NCBI GenBank assembly: GCA_963665775.2
Contig: CAXXTF010000002.1
Location: 1,408,001-1,472,000, forward strand
Origin: Dehalococcoidia bacterium
GTDB taxonomy: Bacteria > Chloroflexota > Dehalococcoidia > SM23-28-2 > RBG-16-64-32
Direction: 5' to 3'
Length of the DNA stretch: 64,000 bases
Shown here in pieces: positions 22,276-32,058 of the stretch. The notes under the pieces are model-generated. The model did no database searches. It saw nothing but the letters and a program-made list of their open reading frames with translations, and was not told where the DNA came from. Each line of letters opens with the position of its first letter. Position 1 is the stretch's first letter. The translations under genes and the position numbers were made by a program.

Positions 22276-23610
22276 TTACAGTATCGGCAAATAGCGCTTC
22301 AGTTCGTAGTCGGTTACGTGGCGGCGGAAGTTGCTCCACTCGATCTTCTTGTTGGTGAGCAGGCTCTCGAAGAGGTGGTCGCCCAGGCAGCGGCGCAACA
22401 GCTCGCTCCCCTCGGCGTACTCGATCGCCTCCCAGAGGCTGCCCGGCAAGTGGCTGATGCCATCCTGCTTGCGTTCCTCATCTGTCATCGCGAAGACGTT
22501 CCTCTCCACCGGCTGCGGGCAGGGATACTCCTTCTCGATTCCCTCTAGGCCGGCGGCGAGCATGGCGGCGAAGGCCAGGTACGGGTTGCAAGCCGGGTCC
22601 GGGGCTCTGTATTCGATGCGGGTGGCGCTCTCCTTGCCGGGCTTGTACTCAGGTATGCGGACCAGATCGGAGCGATTGCGGCGGGCCCAGGAGAGATATA
22701 CCGGGGCCTCAAATCCGGGGACGAGGCGCTTGTAGGAGTTGACCCACTGGTTGGTGACCAGGGTGATCTCCTTGGCGTGGTGGAGGATGCCGCCGACGTA
22801 GCTGCGGGCGAGGGCGGACAGGTGGTAGGGATCGTCGGCATCGAAGAAGGCGTTGCGCTCGCCCTTGAACAGGGACTGGTGAACGTGCATGCCGGAGCCG
22901 TTCTGGTCGGCCAGGGGCTTCGGCATGAAGGTAGCGTAAACGTTGTTCTTGAGGGCCACCTCTTTGACGACGAGCCGATAGGTCATGGTGTTATCGGCCA
23001 TTGTGAGGGCGTCTGTGTAGCGGAGATCGATCTCGTGCTGGGAGGGGGCGACCTCGTGATGAGAGGCCACGACAGCGATGCCCAACTCTTCCAGGGTGAG
23101 AACGGTCTCCCGGCGCAGATCGGTGGCGGCGTCCAGGGGGGTGAGGTCAAAGTAGCCGCCGGTATCCAGGAGCTCCGTGCTGTCTTGCCTAGCGAAATAG
23201 AAGTACTCCAGCTCTGGGCCTACGTAGAAGGTATATCCTAGGTCTGCGGCGCGCTGGAGGCTGCAGCGTAGGACGAAGCGGGGGTCGCCTTGGAAGGGGC
23301 TTCCGTCCGGGTGAAGGATGTCACAGAACATGCGGGCAACGCTGCGCTCCTGGGGGCGCCAGGGGAGGATGGCGAAGGTAGATGGGTCCGGCATCGCCAT
23401 CATGTCGGACTCGTCGATGCGGGCGAAGCCTTCGATCGAGGAGCCGTCGAAGCCGGTGCCTTCCTCGAGGGCCTGGGGCAGCTCCTCCACCGTAATGGCG
23501 ACGCTCTTGAGGAAGCCGAGGATATCGGTAAACCAGAGGCGGATGAACTTGACGTCGTGCTCTTTGGCCATCTGTAGCACGTAATCGATGCTCTGGCGGC
23601 GGTTATTCAT
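22276..23610 (-). CDS. glnA: Glutamine synthetase type I, alpha-like
   Basis: [57 protein letters not shown]. Confidence 0.95.
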   Translation of the reverse strand: MNNRRQSIDYVLQMAKEHDVKFIRLWFTDILGFLKSVAITVEELPQALEEGTGFDGSSIEGFARIDESDMMAMPDPSTFAILPWRPQERSVARMFCDILHPDGSPFQGDPRFVLRCSLQRAADLGYTFYVGPELEYFYFARQDSTELLDTGGYFDLTPLDAATDLRRETVLTLEELGIAVVASHHEVAPSQHEIDLRYTDALTMADNTMTYRLVVKEVALKNNVYATFMPKPLADQNGSGMHVHQSLFKGERNAFFDADDPYHLSALARSYVGGILHHAKEITLVTNQWVNSYKRLVPGFEAPVYLSWARRNRSDLVRIPEYKPGKESATRIEYRAPDPACNPYLAFAAMLAAGLEGIEKEYPCPQPVERNVFAMTDEERKQDGISHLPGSLWEAIEYAEGSELLRRCLGDHLFESLLTNKKIEWSNFRRHVTDYELKRYLPIL

Positions 23611-23723
23611 CTGGTTCAATCCCCTGGCTGGCCCCGATCTTGATCAAACCATAAGCAGGAGCCTGCACCCTCGGGAGCAACGCGCCCGGGCCGGCCGGCT
23701 CACGGAGGCCGGGCGAGGCGGCC

Positions 23724-25166
23724 CTAGACGTCGAAGTAGAGATAGAACTCCCACGGGTGGGGCCGCAGCCGGACGGGGTCGATTTCAGCCTCGCGCTTGT
23801 ACTCCTGCCAGACATCCAGGACGTCGCCGGTGAAGACGCCGCCATCGAGGAGGAAGTCGTGGTCTTCCTCAAGGGCGCGCAGGGACTCTTCCAGGGAGCC
23901 GGGGACGGTCCGGAGGGAGGCTTGCTCCTCTGGGGTGAGGTCGTAGGTGTTCTTATCCAGGGGCGGACCGGGATCGATCTCGTTCTTAATACCGTCCAGT
24001 CCGGCCAAGAGCAGGGCCGGAAAAGCCAGGTAAGGGTTGCAGGAGGGGTCTGGGGGGCGGAACTCTATGCGCTTGGCCTTAGGGTTAGTGTTGTAGACCG
24101 GGATGCGGGCGGCGGCGGAGCGGTTGCGGGCGGAATAGACGAGATTCACAGGCGCCTCATAGCCGGGAACCAACCGCTTGTACGAGTTGGTGGTGGGGGC
24201 GCAGAAGGCCATGAGAGCGGGGGCGTGCTTCAGCAGGCCGCCGATGTAGTAGAGGGCTGTTTTGCTGATCAGGGCGTAACCCTCGGGGTCGTAGAAGAGG
24301 TTGGTGCCGTTCTTCCAGAGGGACTGGTGGACGTGCATGCCGGAGCCGTTGTCGCCGAAGAGGGGCTTGGGCATGAAGGTGGCGACCATGTTGTGCTTGC
24401 GGGCGACGTTCTTGACGATGTATTTGTACCAGAGTACCTTGTCAGCCATGCTGGTGAGGGTATCGAATTTCATGTCGATCTCGCCCTGGCCGGCGGTGGC
24501 CACCTCGTGGTGGTGGACTTCGATGGGGATGCCGACACCCATCATGGTGAGGATCATCTCGCTGCGGATGTCCTGGAGGGAGTCGTGGGGTGGGACGGGG
24601 AAGTAGCCCTCCTTGAAGTGGGGCTTGTAGCCCAGGTTCGGGTTCTCCTCGCGGCCGCTGTTCCAGGCGCCCTCGATGGAGTCGATGTAGTAGTAGCCGG
24701 AGTTCTCGGTCTGGTCGAAGCGGATATCGTCGAAGATGAAGAACTCCAGCTCCGGCCCCCAGTAGGAAGTGTCGGCGACGCCGGAGTTACGTAGGTGTTC
24801 CTCCGCCTTGCGGGCGATGTAGCGGGGGTCGCGGGTATAGGGCTGCTTCGTCAGCGGGTCGTAGATGTCGCAGGTGATGGAGAGGGTAGGTATAGAGCAG
24901 GCGGGGTCCAGCCGGGCCGTGTCAGGGTCCGGAATAAGGAGCATGTCCGATTCCTGGATCTTCTGGAAGCCGCGGATACTGGATCCATCAAAGCCGATCC
25001 CCTCCACCCAGATGGAGGTGGTGAGATCCTCCATCTCCGTGAGCTGTGAGGGTGGGATGGAGAAGTGCTGCCAGAGGCCCGGCAGGTCGTTGAACTTGAA
25101 GTCAACGATCTGGATGTTGTGCTCCTTGATGAGATCGCTGACTTTCTGGGCGTCCTGTGGCGTCAA
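23724..25166 (-). CDS. glnA: Glutamine synthetase type I, beta-like
   Basis: [39 protein letters not shown], adenylylation-site-like DKNTYDL, ends YFDV. Confidence 0.96.
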   Translation of the reverse strand: MTPQDAQKVSDLIKEHNIQIVDFKFNDLPGLWQHFSIPPSQLTEMEDLTTSIWVEGIGFDGSSIRGFQKIQESDMLLIPDPDTARLDPACSIPTLSITCDIYDPLTKQPYTRDPRYIARKAEEHLRNSGVADTSYWGPELEFFIFDDIRFDQTENSGYYYIDSIEGAWNSGREENPNLGYKPHFKEGYFPVPPHDSLQDIRSEMILTMMGVGIPIEVHHHEVATAGQGEIDMKFDTLTSMADKVLWYKYIVKNVARKHNMVATFMPKPLFGDNGSGMHVHQSLWKNGTNLFYDPEGYALISKTALYYIGGLLKHAPALMAFCAPTTNSYKRLVPGYEAPVNLVYSARNRSAAARIPVYNTNPKAKRIEFRPPDPSCNPYLAFPALLLAGLDGIKNEIDPGPPLDKNTYDLTPEEQASLRTVPGSLEESLRALEEDHDFLLDGGVFTGDVLDVWQEYKREAEIDPVRLRPHPWEFYLYFDV

Positions 25167-25293
25167 GTCTCTGTTCCTCCTTGAGATGCGGAATTGCTGG
25201 GGCTAATCGTAAGGCTAGCTGCTACCAATTAACCGGGGCTCACGTTACATGTTTATTAACGATGGTGAGCCTGTGCCCTGATCCGGAGCGCTT

Positions 25294-25547
25294 CTAGACG
25301 ACGCTCTCCCCCCTTTCGCCGGTGCGGACACGGATGGCATCGCTGACCGGCATCACGAAGATCTTGCCGTCGCCTATGTTTCCCGTCTGGGCGGCCTTGC
25401 AGATCACAGAGATCACCTCGTCGGTCTGGCTGTCTTTCACTATGACGTCGACGTCGATCTTGACCTTTGGCAGCATGTCTTTCTGGCAGGTCTGGCCGCC
25501 GCGGCCCACAGCTTCTCGGGGCGGATGATCGCTTCTATCTTCTGCAT
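25294..25547 (-). pseudogene. glnK: P-II (GlnK-like) gene with internal deletion and frameshift
   Basis: ATG 25547 gives MQKIEAIIRPEKL, then frame change to GRGGQT..DMLPKVKIDVDVIV..TGNIGDGKIF; about 30 codons missing; directly after amtB. Confidence 0.85.
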
Positions 25548-25562
25548 GTTTCGGTTCGCTCC

Positions 25563-26912
25563 TTATGAGGCTTCGCTGCTGCCTTGCGGCGGTGCGGGCT
25601 GGGGGGTGGGGGCGGGCGTTCCGGCGGGGGCGATGGGACTCGCTTCCTCGAAGATGTAGCCCCGCTCGCCGTGTTGGGAGACGTCCAGGCCCAGCTGCTC
25701 CTCCTCTTCTGTTATACGCAACCCCATCACTCTGTCAAGCACGAGGAGGATGACGCCGGTGCCGACGAAGGAGAAGCCCCAGATGGCGCCGATGCCGGCC
25801 AGCTGCTTGGCTAGCTGGCCACCACCATCGCCATCGATGAGGCCGGCCCCTCCGCCTATAGCGGCGACCGCGAAGATACCGGTGGCGAAGGCGCCCCAGG
25901 TGCCGCCCACGCCGTGGACGCCCCAGACATCGAGGGAGTCGTCCAGGTTGAGCTTAATTCGGAGCTGGACGGCCAGATAGGTGAAGAGGCCGGCGCCGAT
26001 GCCGATGAGGAGGGCGGGGGCGGAGTTCAGGTAGCCGTCAGTGCCCGGCCAGGAGCCGATGAAGCCGGCGGCGGGGGTGATGGCAACCAGGCCGGCCACG
26101 GCACCGGTGGCGGCCCCTACTATGCTGGGCTTCTTGTGGAAGTACCAGCTCAGACCGACCCAGGTGAGGGCGGCGGCAGCGGAGGCGACATGGGTGACGA
26201 CGAAGGCGTTGGTGGCGAGGCCGCCCGCCGCCAGGGCGCTACCGGCGTTGAAGCCGAACCAGCCGAACCAGAGGAGCACGGCGCCCAGTACCACCATACT
26301 CACGTTGTGGGGCTCCATGGGCTCTCGGCCGTAGCCTAAGCGCCTGCCGAAGATGAGGGCCGCTACCAGCGCCGCCACGCCGGCGTTGATGTGGACCACG
26401 GTACCGCCGGCGAAGTCCAGGGCGCCCAGCTCGCCTAGCCAGCCGGTGGCACCATTGGCATCGAGGGCCCATACCCAGTGGGCGACCGGCGCGTACACTA
26501 TGGTCACCCAGAGCACGGTGAAGACCATGAGGGTGCTGAACTTGGCCCGCTCGGCGAAGGCGCCGATGATAAGGGCCGGGGTGATAACCGCGAACATCAT
26601 CTGGAAGACCATGAAGGCTTGGTGGGGGATAGTCGTGGCGTAGATCTCGGATGGCTCCAGCCCCACGTTTCGGAGGCCGAACCAGGAGAGGTCGCCGATG
26701 ATGCCACCTCGGTCAGGGCCGAAGGCCAGGCTGTAGCCCCAGAGCACCCAGACCACGCTGACGACGGCCAGGATGGCGAAGCTCTGCATGATGGTGGCGC
26801 TGGCGTTCTTGTTGCGCACCAAGCCGCCGTAGAAAAAGCCTACCCCCGGCGTCATAAGCATCACCAGGGCGGCCGAGATGAGAATCCAGGTCGTATCGCC
26901 CGTATCTAGCAT
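25563..26912 (-). CDS. amtB: Ammonium transporter
   Basis: FQMMFAVITPAL, DFAGGTVVHINAG, LWFGWFGFNAGS, DDSLDVWGVHG. Confidence 0.96.
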   Translation of the reverse strand: MLDTGDTTWILISAALVMLMTPGVGFFYGGLVRNKNASATIMQSFAILAVVSVVWVLWGYSLAFGPDRGGIIGDLSWFGLRNVGLEPSEIYATTIPHQAFMVFQMMFAVITPALIIGAFAERAKFSTLMVFTVLWVTIVYAPVAHWVWALDANGATGWLGELGALDFAGGTVVHINAGVAALVAALIFGRRLGYGREPMEPHNVSMVVLGAVLLWFGWFGFNAGSALAAGGLATNAFVVTHVASAAAALTWVGLSWYFHKKPSIVGAATGAVAGLVAITPAAGFIGSWPGTDGYLNSAPALLIGIGAGLFTYLAVQLRIKLNLDDSLDVWGVHGVGGTWGAFATGIFAVAAIGGGAGLIDGDGGGQLAKQLAGIGAIWGFSFVGTGVILLVLDRVMGLRITEEEEQLGLDVSQHGERGYIFEEASPIAPAGTPAPTPQPAPPQGSSEAS

Positions 26913-26968
26913 GGATGATCCTCCCTTATCTATTTGCGACAACTTATCACGGGGTCAGGGGGAGGCAT

Positions 26969-27006
26969 GTTACGGGCGTGTTACGCGGCGGTTAAGACTA
27001 TGTTAC
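26969..27006 (-). promoter_or_regulatory. Four GlnR-box-like pentamers with exact 11 bp period upstream of amtB
   Basis: Minus strand GTAAC-n6-TTAAC-n6-GTAAC-n6-GTAAC. Confidence 0.7.
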
Positions 27007-27316
27007 GGGGGTGGCGCGGGAGACTACGGGTCGTCGGCATCCTCATTCCTCGTTAACGCATCGGCTGCGGTTGGATCCAGGCGAAGGCCCTTGGGCCGAT
27101 CGGGCGGCCGTTATCCTCCCGTAGTCCCGATAGCCGGCGCTCCGGTGCTCCACCGCCATCGGCCCCGCCCAGGAGCCACGCCGGCGACTGCTTGACTCCA
27201 GGGTCAGTGCCGCTATTCAGCCATAGCGTGCGGAAGCGAACCAGGCCCAATCCCTCAACCGGGAACAGATCATACCTTTTAGCCCTTTCGTCCGTTATAG
27301 CAACGGAATAGGGAGG

Positions 27317-30004
27317 GTGACAATGCGCCCAGGATGGCAACTGTCTCTCGTTGTTCTCGCTCTGTTGGCCCTCGCCGCCGCCTGCGAGGACAAGGCGGAG
27401 CTATCGCCGGCCGCGTCTGAACAAGCGCCTACAGCGACGCCCTCGCCGATGCCAACGGCCACGCCGGCACCAACCCCGACGCCAACGCCGACGGCGACGC
27501 CCGCGGCCGGCGCACCCGCCGAGGTCCAGGCGTTAGTGGACGCCGCCCTCTCCGGCGACCCCGAGGCGCTCCGCCCGTTTCTAGATTATGCTGCTATCCC
27601 CTGCAGCACCGCTATACCCGTGGGCCCTGGCGGACCGCCCTTGTGCCGCGAGGGTGAAGCTGACGGCACTCTTGTCGATGTGTTGTTCCTTTCGAGCTGT
27701 GAGGGTGGGTACTCGCGCCCTGACGAGCTCGATCGGACGTTGGTCACGCTGTCGGATATCGACTTCTATGCTGTCTACCGAATGCCGGAGCGGTTCAACG
27801 CGTCGCCCTTCGCCGCCGAGTACGTGGCGATATTCTCGCGGATAATCGAGGGGGAAAAGGAGGATACCCAGGGCCTAGCGGGGCTGCTGGTCGATGAGGG
27901 CAAGCTAGTCGCCGTCATGTTTGGCTGTTTCCAGACGCCGGAGCAGTTCGTCGAGGCCTGGCAGCTGGAGGACGTCGTTGTTGCGCCGGCTTCGCCTCCG
28001 CTCGCCTCTCCTATTGCACCGCGATCGCCAACGATCACCCTTGACCTCCTTGCGCTGGAGTTCGGCAAATGCGGCTATTTTTCCGTTAGCGGGAAGGTCC
28101 TAACCACGAGCGGTTCGATTTCACGCCTAACTTGGCATTGGGGTGACGGCAGCATGACCACTAACCAGCTTCCAGCGTCACACCAGTACTCGACTAATGG
28201 TACCTATGAGGTGGAGGTAGGCGCGTTTTCCAGCACCGGCGATGCCGAAGCCCACGTAACAACTATTGCCATTGACATCACCAACGCTGACGACCCCGCC
28301 TGCAAAGGCAGCGTGCGAGCGCATCCGACAACCGTCATCCTCAGGGACGGCAAAACTACTGAACAACTTCGTCTTGAGATACGTGGCCCAAGCGGAGAGC
28401 TCGTTTCGCCGATTGGACGGGAAGTCATCTATACGAGTAGTGATCCCTCGCTGGTTCAAGTGGATGCATCGGGTGTGGTGACTAGCACCGGCTTCGGGGA
28501 GGCCGAGATTAGGGTATGGGTGGAAGGTATCGCGAGGCAGGGAACGACAAAAGTGATCGCCGGGCACTTTCGCGTTGAACCCCCGATCCTGCTGCTTTCC
28601 GTGGCCGATGAGCCGACCGGTGCCCTCATACTGAACGTGGCCAACGCCGACGGCACGCCGGTGAATCTGGCTGGCCGGAACATCAGCTTCTTCGGTGGAA
28701 ACAGTGTGGCGAGCGTAAACGGTACAGGGATGGTCACGGCCCATCGCCCTCCTCAATCGTTTGGTGAGACGCCGTATATCAGGGCAAGCGTGGATGGCAA
28801 TGCATCATCTAACGCCGCCGTAATAAGAGTCACTACCAACACTCTCGGACTTGACATGTTCCTCTTGGAGCAGTCCAACGTCGCCTTCTATATCCCTGAG
28901 CAGATCGGCGACTTCAACTATCGCCAGGTCTTCAGCGATTACGACATCGCTCGCATCATTAATCTAGCCTATGAGTTTGAGGCACAGCTCAGCGGCCTGC
29001 GTCCTTTCGATGCTGCCCTCCAGTATCTCGTCGGCGAACCCTATCCAGGCGACAGTACCGGTCCATGCGGGCTTTCTGGCAATCCGATCCGCCTTGGCGC
29101 AGATGTCGACAACGTCCAATTCAGCTGCCTGGCTGTGACGTCCCGACCAGCCATTCCCCACTGGGCTGTCTACTTACACGAGTTGGGCCACAACTTTACA
29201 TTTGCTTCGGTGCGCTTCGCTCAGTTCAAGCGTGGCAGCAACGTAGGCAATAGCAACTTTATCTACAGCGAAGCACTGGCCTCGATCGTGGGACTGTACG
29301 CCGCCGAGATGATGCAGAGAGAAGCAGCCCAGTACGGAATCCCTGCTAGTACGGTTGAGGCGGTGATGTCCCAATTCGGGCACGCCGAAGAAACACCAGC
29401 CCTTAGCGATTACATCGAGAGCGGGTCAGTGTACTCCCAGATCAACGTTGCCGTGCTATACGACATGATGGCGACAATCGTAGATAACTACGACGGCTAT
29501 GATACGTTGTATCGCTTCTTTTCCGTGTTTCTTCCGAGCGACGTCCCTCTTCCGTTTAATATCGACTCCGATGCCAGGCAGGCAACCTTCTTCGTCGCGG
29601 CGATGAGTGCTGCCGATGAGACTAACTTACGGCCGCTCTTCAGGGAATGGGGCTTCCCCTTGGATGACACCTATTACGATCAGATCTATCCCCAGGTGGA
29701 ACAGATGGTAGCCCAGCGTGACCCGGCGGCAAATGCGGGCAGAGATCGAGTGATACCGTTGGGACAAGATGTCGTACTGGACGATGCTTACGTCTTCGAC
29801 TGGGAGGGCGACCCGTTGACTCTCACCTGGGAAGTCGTAAGTCAGCCGCCCGGCAGTGCAGCCTTCTTTTCCGATCCGACAGGTCTGCACCCTACTTTTT
29901 CCGCGGATACGGTCGGCGCGTACGTCCTCACGCTCACAGCTCAGGGCGGAACGGTCGCCGGCATCTCTGACACAGTTACCGTCTCCGTTACGTTGACGCC
30001 CTAG
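27317..30004 (+). CDS. Large multidomain lipoprotein: Pro/Thr linker, PKD, Ig-like repeats, HExxH metallopeptidase, C-terminal PKD-like domain
   Basis: AAAC lipobox; WHWGDG..H.Y...GTY; YTSSDPSLVQVDASGVVT; LHELGHNF...YSEALA; ANAGRD..GDPLTLTW. Confidence 0.75.
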   Translation: MTMRPGWQLSLVVLALLALAAACEDKAELSPAASEQAPTATPSPMPTATPAPTPTPTPTATPAAGAPAEVQALVDAALSGDPEALRPFLDYAAIPCSTAIPVGPGGPPLCREGEADGTLVDVLFLSSCEGGYSRPDELDRTLVTLSDIDFYAVYRMPERFNASPFAAEYVAIFSRIIEGEKEDTQGLAGLLVDEGKLVAVMFGCFQTPEQFVEAWQLEDVVVAPASPPLASPIAPRSPTITLDLLALEFGKCGYFSVSGKVLTTSGSISRLTWHWGDGSMTTNQLPASHQYSTNGTYEVEVGAFSSTGDAEAHVTTIAIDITNADDPACKGSVRAHPTTVILRDGKTTEQLRLEIRGPSGELVSPIGREVIYTSSDPSLVQVDASGVVTSTGFGEAEIRVWVEGIARQGTTKVIAGHFRVEPPILLLSVADEPTGALILNVANADGTPVNLAGRNISFFGGNSVASVNGTGMVTAHRPPQSFGETPYIRASVDGNASSNAAVIRVTTNTLGLDMFLLEQSNVAFYIPEQIGDFNYRQVFSDYDIARIINLAYEFEAQLSGLRPFDAALQYLVGEPYPGDSTGPCGLSGNPIRLGADVDNVQFSCLAVTSRPAIPHWAVYLHELGHNFTFASVRFAQFKRGSNVGNSNFIYSEALASIVGLYAAEMMQREAAQYGIPASTVEAVMSQFGHAEETPALSDYIESGSVYSQINVAVLYDMMATIVDNYDGYDTLYRFFSVFLPSDVPLPFNIDSDARQATFFVAAMSAADETNLRPLFREWGFPLDDTYYDQIYPQVEQMVAQRDPAANAGRDRVIPLGQDVVLDDAYVFDWEGDPLTLTWEVVSQPPGSAAFFSDPTGLHPTFSADTVGAYVLTLTAQGGTVAGISDTVTVSVTLTP

Positions 30005-30109
30005 TGCATGGGGACGACTACTTCGCCGTATAGTCCGCCCGGTGCCGCAGGGGGGTTACGCGTAAGTTCGCGAGGCTGCCGGCCCTCGCCTTTCCGGCAG
30101 GCTAGGCAG

Positions 30110-30250
30110 CCCGGCGCAGGGAGCAACACCGTCTTCGCGGGCCGTGGGCTGGCCTTCAGTCCAGACGTGTTTTACAAACTCAACCAGCTACAGACGGGTG
30201 ATACGATCAGGCTCGTCAGGGAAAACGGAACGGTGCTTCTGTATTCAATT
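30110..30250 (+). pseudogene. Sortase (class D/F-like) internal fragment
   Basis: PGAGSNTVFAG-R...VFYKLNQLQTGDTIRL...G...Y; catalytic His replaced and no TLxTC motif. Confidence 0.6.
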
Positions 30251-30482
30251 CACATACTGGGCCTAGCATTATCCAGCCATGTTTCCGACTTACCTGCGGC
30301 CATCGCTGGCGGTCGCCACTCTATTCACACACCATTAACTCATAGTGTCGCGCCGTCGATTGATTCGTTTCGGCCGATTCGCTCCCGTTACGTCCCACGT
30401 TCTCCGCCGCCTCGCTTGACTTCCTCTTGCAGCAGAGTGATGAATGCAACACGGCCTTCTATATCTAAGTGTGGGGGGGAGC

Positions 30483-31457
30483 ATGGAGAGAAACGGCGAC
30501 GGCAACGGTAGCCACCAGCGGGACCTGACGGGGATCATCGAACTCTACCTCACCTCCTGTCGCATCGAGGGGAAGTCCAAGGAGACCATCCGGTCTTATC
30601 GGGAGACCCTTGGGATCTTTACGAATGTGATCGAGGAGAAGAGACTACCCGAGGATCTCGCCTCCTTCACCGCTGCCCACGTCTACCAGTTCCTGGGGTG
30701 CGTGGCCGACACCGGCGTCTCGGCCATGACCCAGTGGCGCCGGCAACGGGAGACCAGAGCCTTCTTCTCCTGGCTGATGCGTCATGACTACGTGGCGACC
30801 AACCCGTTCTCCAAGGTGAAGAACATCAAGGTGCCGCAGAAGGTGATTCGGCCCTTCTCCCAGGAGGATGTCCTGCGCCTTCTCGCCTACTGCCATCCCT
30901 CGACCCACAAAGGGGGCAGAGACCGGGCCCTCATTCTCGTCCTGCTGGACACTGGCCTTAGGGCGACCGAGTTATGTAACCTTCTGCTGGAAGAGGTCGA
31001 CTTTGAGACTGGGCGCATGCACGTCAGTCACGGGAAGGGGAACAAACAGCGGGTGGTCCGGTTTGGGGATGAGGCGCGCCGGGCCATCCAGCACTACCTG
31101 GGACGGTTCCGAGGCGGTGGCCCCGGGCCGCTATTTCTGACCTGCCGGGGCGGACAACTGTGCCGGACTGCCCTGCGGACCATCTTCCAGAGGCTGGGCC
31201 AGAAGGCCTCTCTACATCACGTACATCCGCATCGCTTCCGCCACACCTTCGCCACCTGGGCCATCGAGCAGCAAGCGAGGGAGATTGACGTACAGGCGCT
31301 TCTTGGCCACTCCACGCCGGCGATGCTACGGCGCTACACGGCGACCTACGATGCCGAGAAAGCGGCGCAGGCCCACGTCCTGTTCAGCCCGGCAGATCGC
31401 TTGAAGGGGAGGCTAGCGGAGGGTAGCCCGATTTCTGGGAAGGCCCGATTAGCCTGA
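30483..31457 (+). CDS. Tyrosine recombinase/integrase 1
   Basis: SAM-like N-terminus; LLDTGLRATEL, GKGNKQR, HPHRFRH, LLGHS, RRY catalytic set. Confidence 0.93.
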   Translation: MERNGDGNGSHQRDLTGIIELYLTSCRIEGKSKETIRSYRETLGIFTNVIEEKRLPEDLASFTAAHVYQFLGCVADTGVSAMTQWRRQRETRAFFSWLMRHDYVATNPFSKVKNIKVPQKVIRPFSQEDVLRLLAYCHPSTHKGGRDRALILVLLDTGLRATELCNLLLEEVDFETGRMHVSHGKGNKQRVVRFGDEARRAIQHYLGRFRGGGPGPLFLTCRGGQLCRTALRTIFQRLGQKASLHHVHPHRFRHTFATWAIEQQAREIDVQALLGHSTPAMLRRYTATYDAEKAAQAHVLFSPADRLKGRLAEGSPISGKARLA

Positions 31458-31486
31458 AGTTTCCCTAAAGGTATCCTCAAGATTCT

Positions 31487-31691
31487 GAATCTAGCGCCTT
31501 AGCAATTACCCTATCAATAAGGGCCCTCTCGGCTGGGGCGATCGCCCATGTAAATCCACCGAAGATTCACCGCAGGTTTACCGCAGGTTTGATTTGAGCC
31601 ATTTAGCAATTGGGCCCCTCAGCGAGGTCCCGTTTCACCCTGTTCTTACCCCAGTTTCACCTCAGTTTTTGAATCTAGGGCCTTAGCAATT
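31487..31691 (+). repeat. Repeated att-arm-like motif GAATCTRGSGCCTTAGCAATT
   Basis: Copies at 31487-31507 and 31671-31691, partial copy at 31603-31611, further copy at 51538-51558. Confidence 0.75.
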
Positions 31692-31705
31692 AGGGGTGAG
31701 AGCGT

Positions 31706-31752
31706 GACTTTTAATCCGGGAGTCGTGGGTTCGAATCCCACCGGGCCCTCCA
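31706..31752 (+). repeat. tRNA-Lys 3' duplicate (att site)
   Basis: 47 bp perfect copy from the anticodon arm to CCA, about 250 bp after the integrase. Confidence 0.92.
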
Positions 31753-31874
31753 ACTCTCATATGTAAGGGGCGGAACCCGGCGGATAGCGGGTCTTGGCCC
31801 TAGACCCCCGGAGTGAATATCCGGGACTCTACATCGAGTTGCCACCTAGCTCTCGAAGACTTTAGGGGCCAACT

Positions 31875-31932
31875 GTAGAGCACCTGCTTCCCACGTAGAG
31901 GGCCGTGGGTTCGATCCCCATCGCCCGCTCCA
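31875..31932 (+). pseudogene. tRNA-Gly(CCC) fragment lacking the 5' acceptor strand
   Basis: GTAGAGCACCTGCTTCCCACGTAGAGGGCCGTGGGTTCGATCCCCATCGCCCGCTCCA; expected 5' GCGGGCG absent. Confidence 0.8.
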
Positions 31933-32058
31933 GTAGGCATGAACTCCAGTTCATGGGTACGGTTCTTGTCCCCTGAAACCCCACCTTGACGGCATTTTAG
32001 CCTACATTGCCGCCGCTATCCACACATAGTAGCTTGTCAAGGACCGGACGGGCCACGG

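Noticed and set aside
23757-24794. Long antisense ORFs (also 33957-34844, 47787-48938, 52208-53377, 56879-58099, 60883-61860)
   Set aside because: Shadow frames of high-GC genes with no recognisable motifs
31861-31932. Functional tRNA-Gly
   Set aside because: 5' acceptor strand missing and anticodon arm mutated
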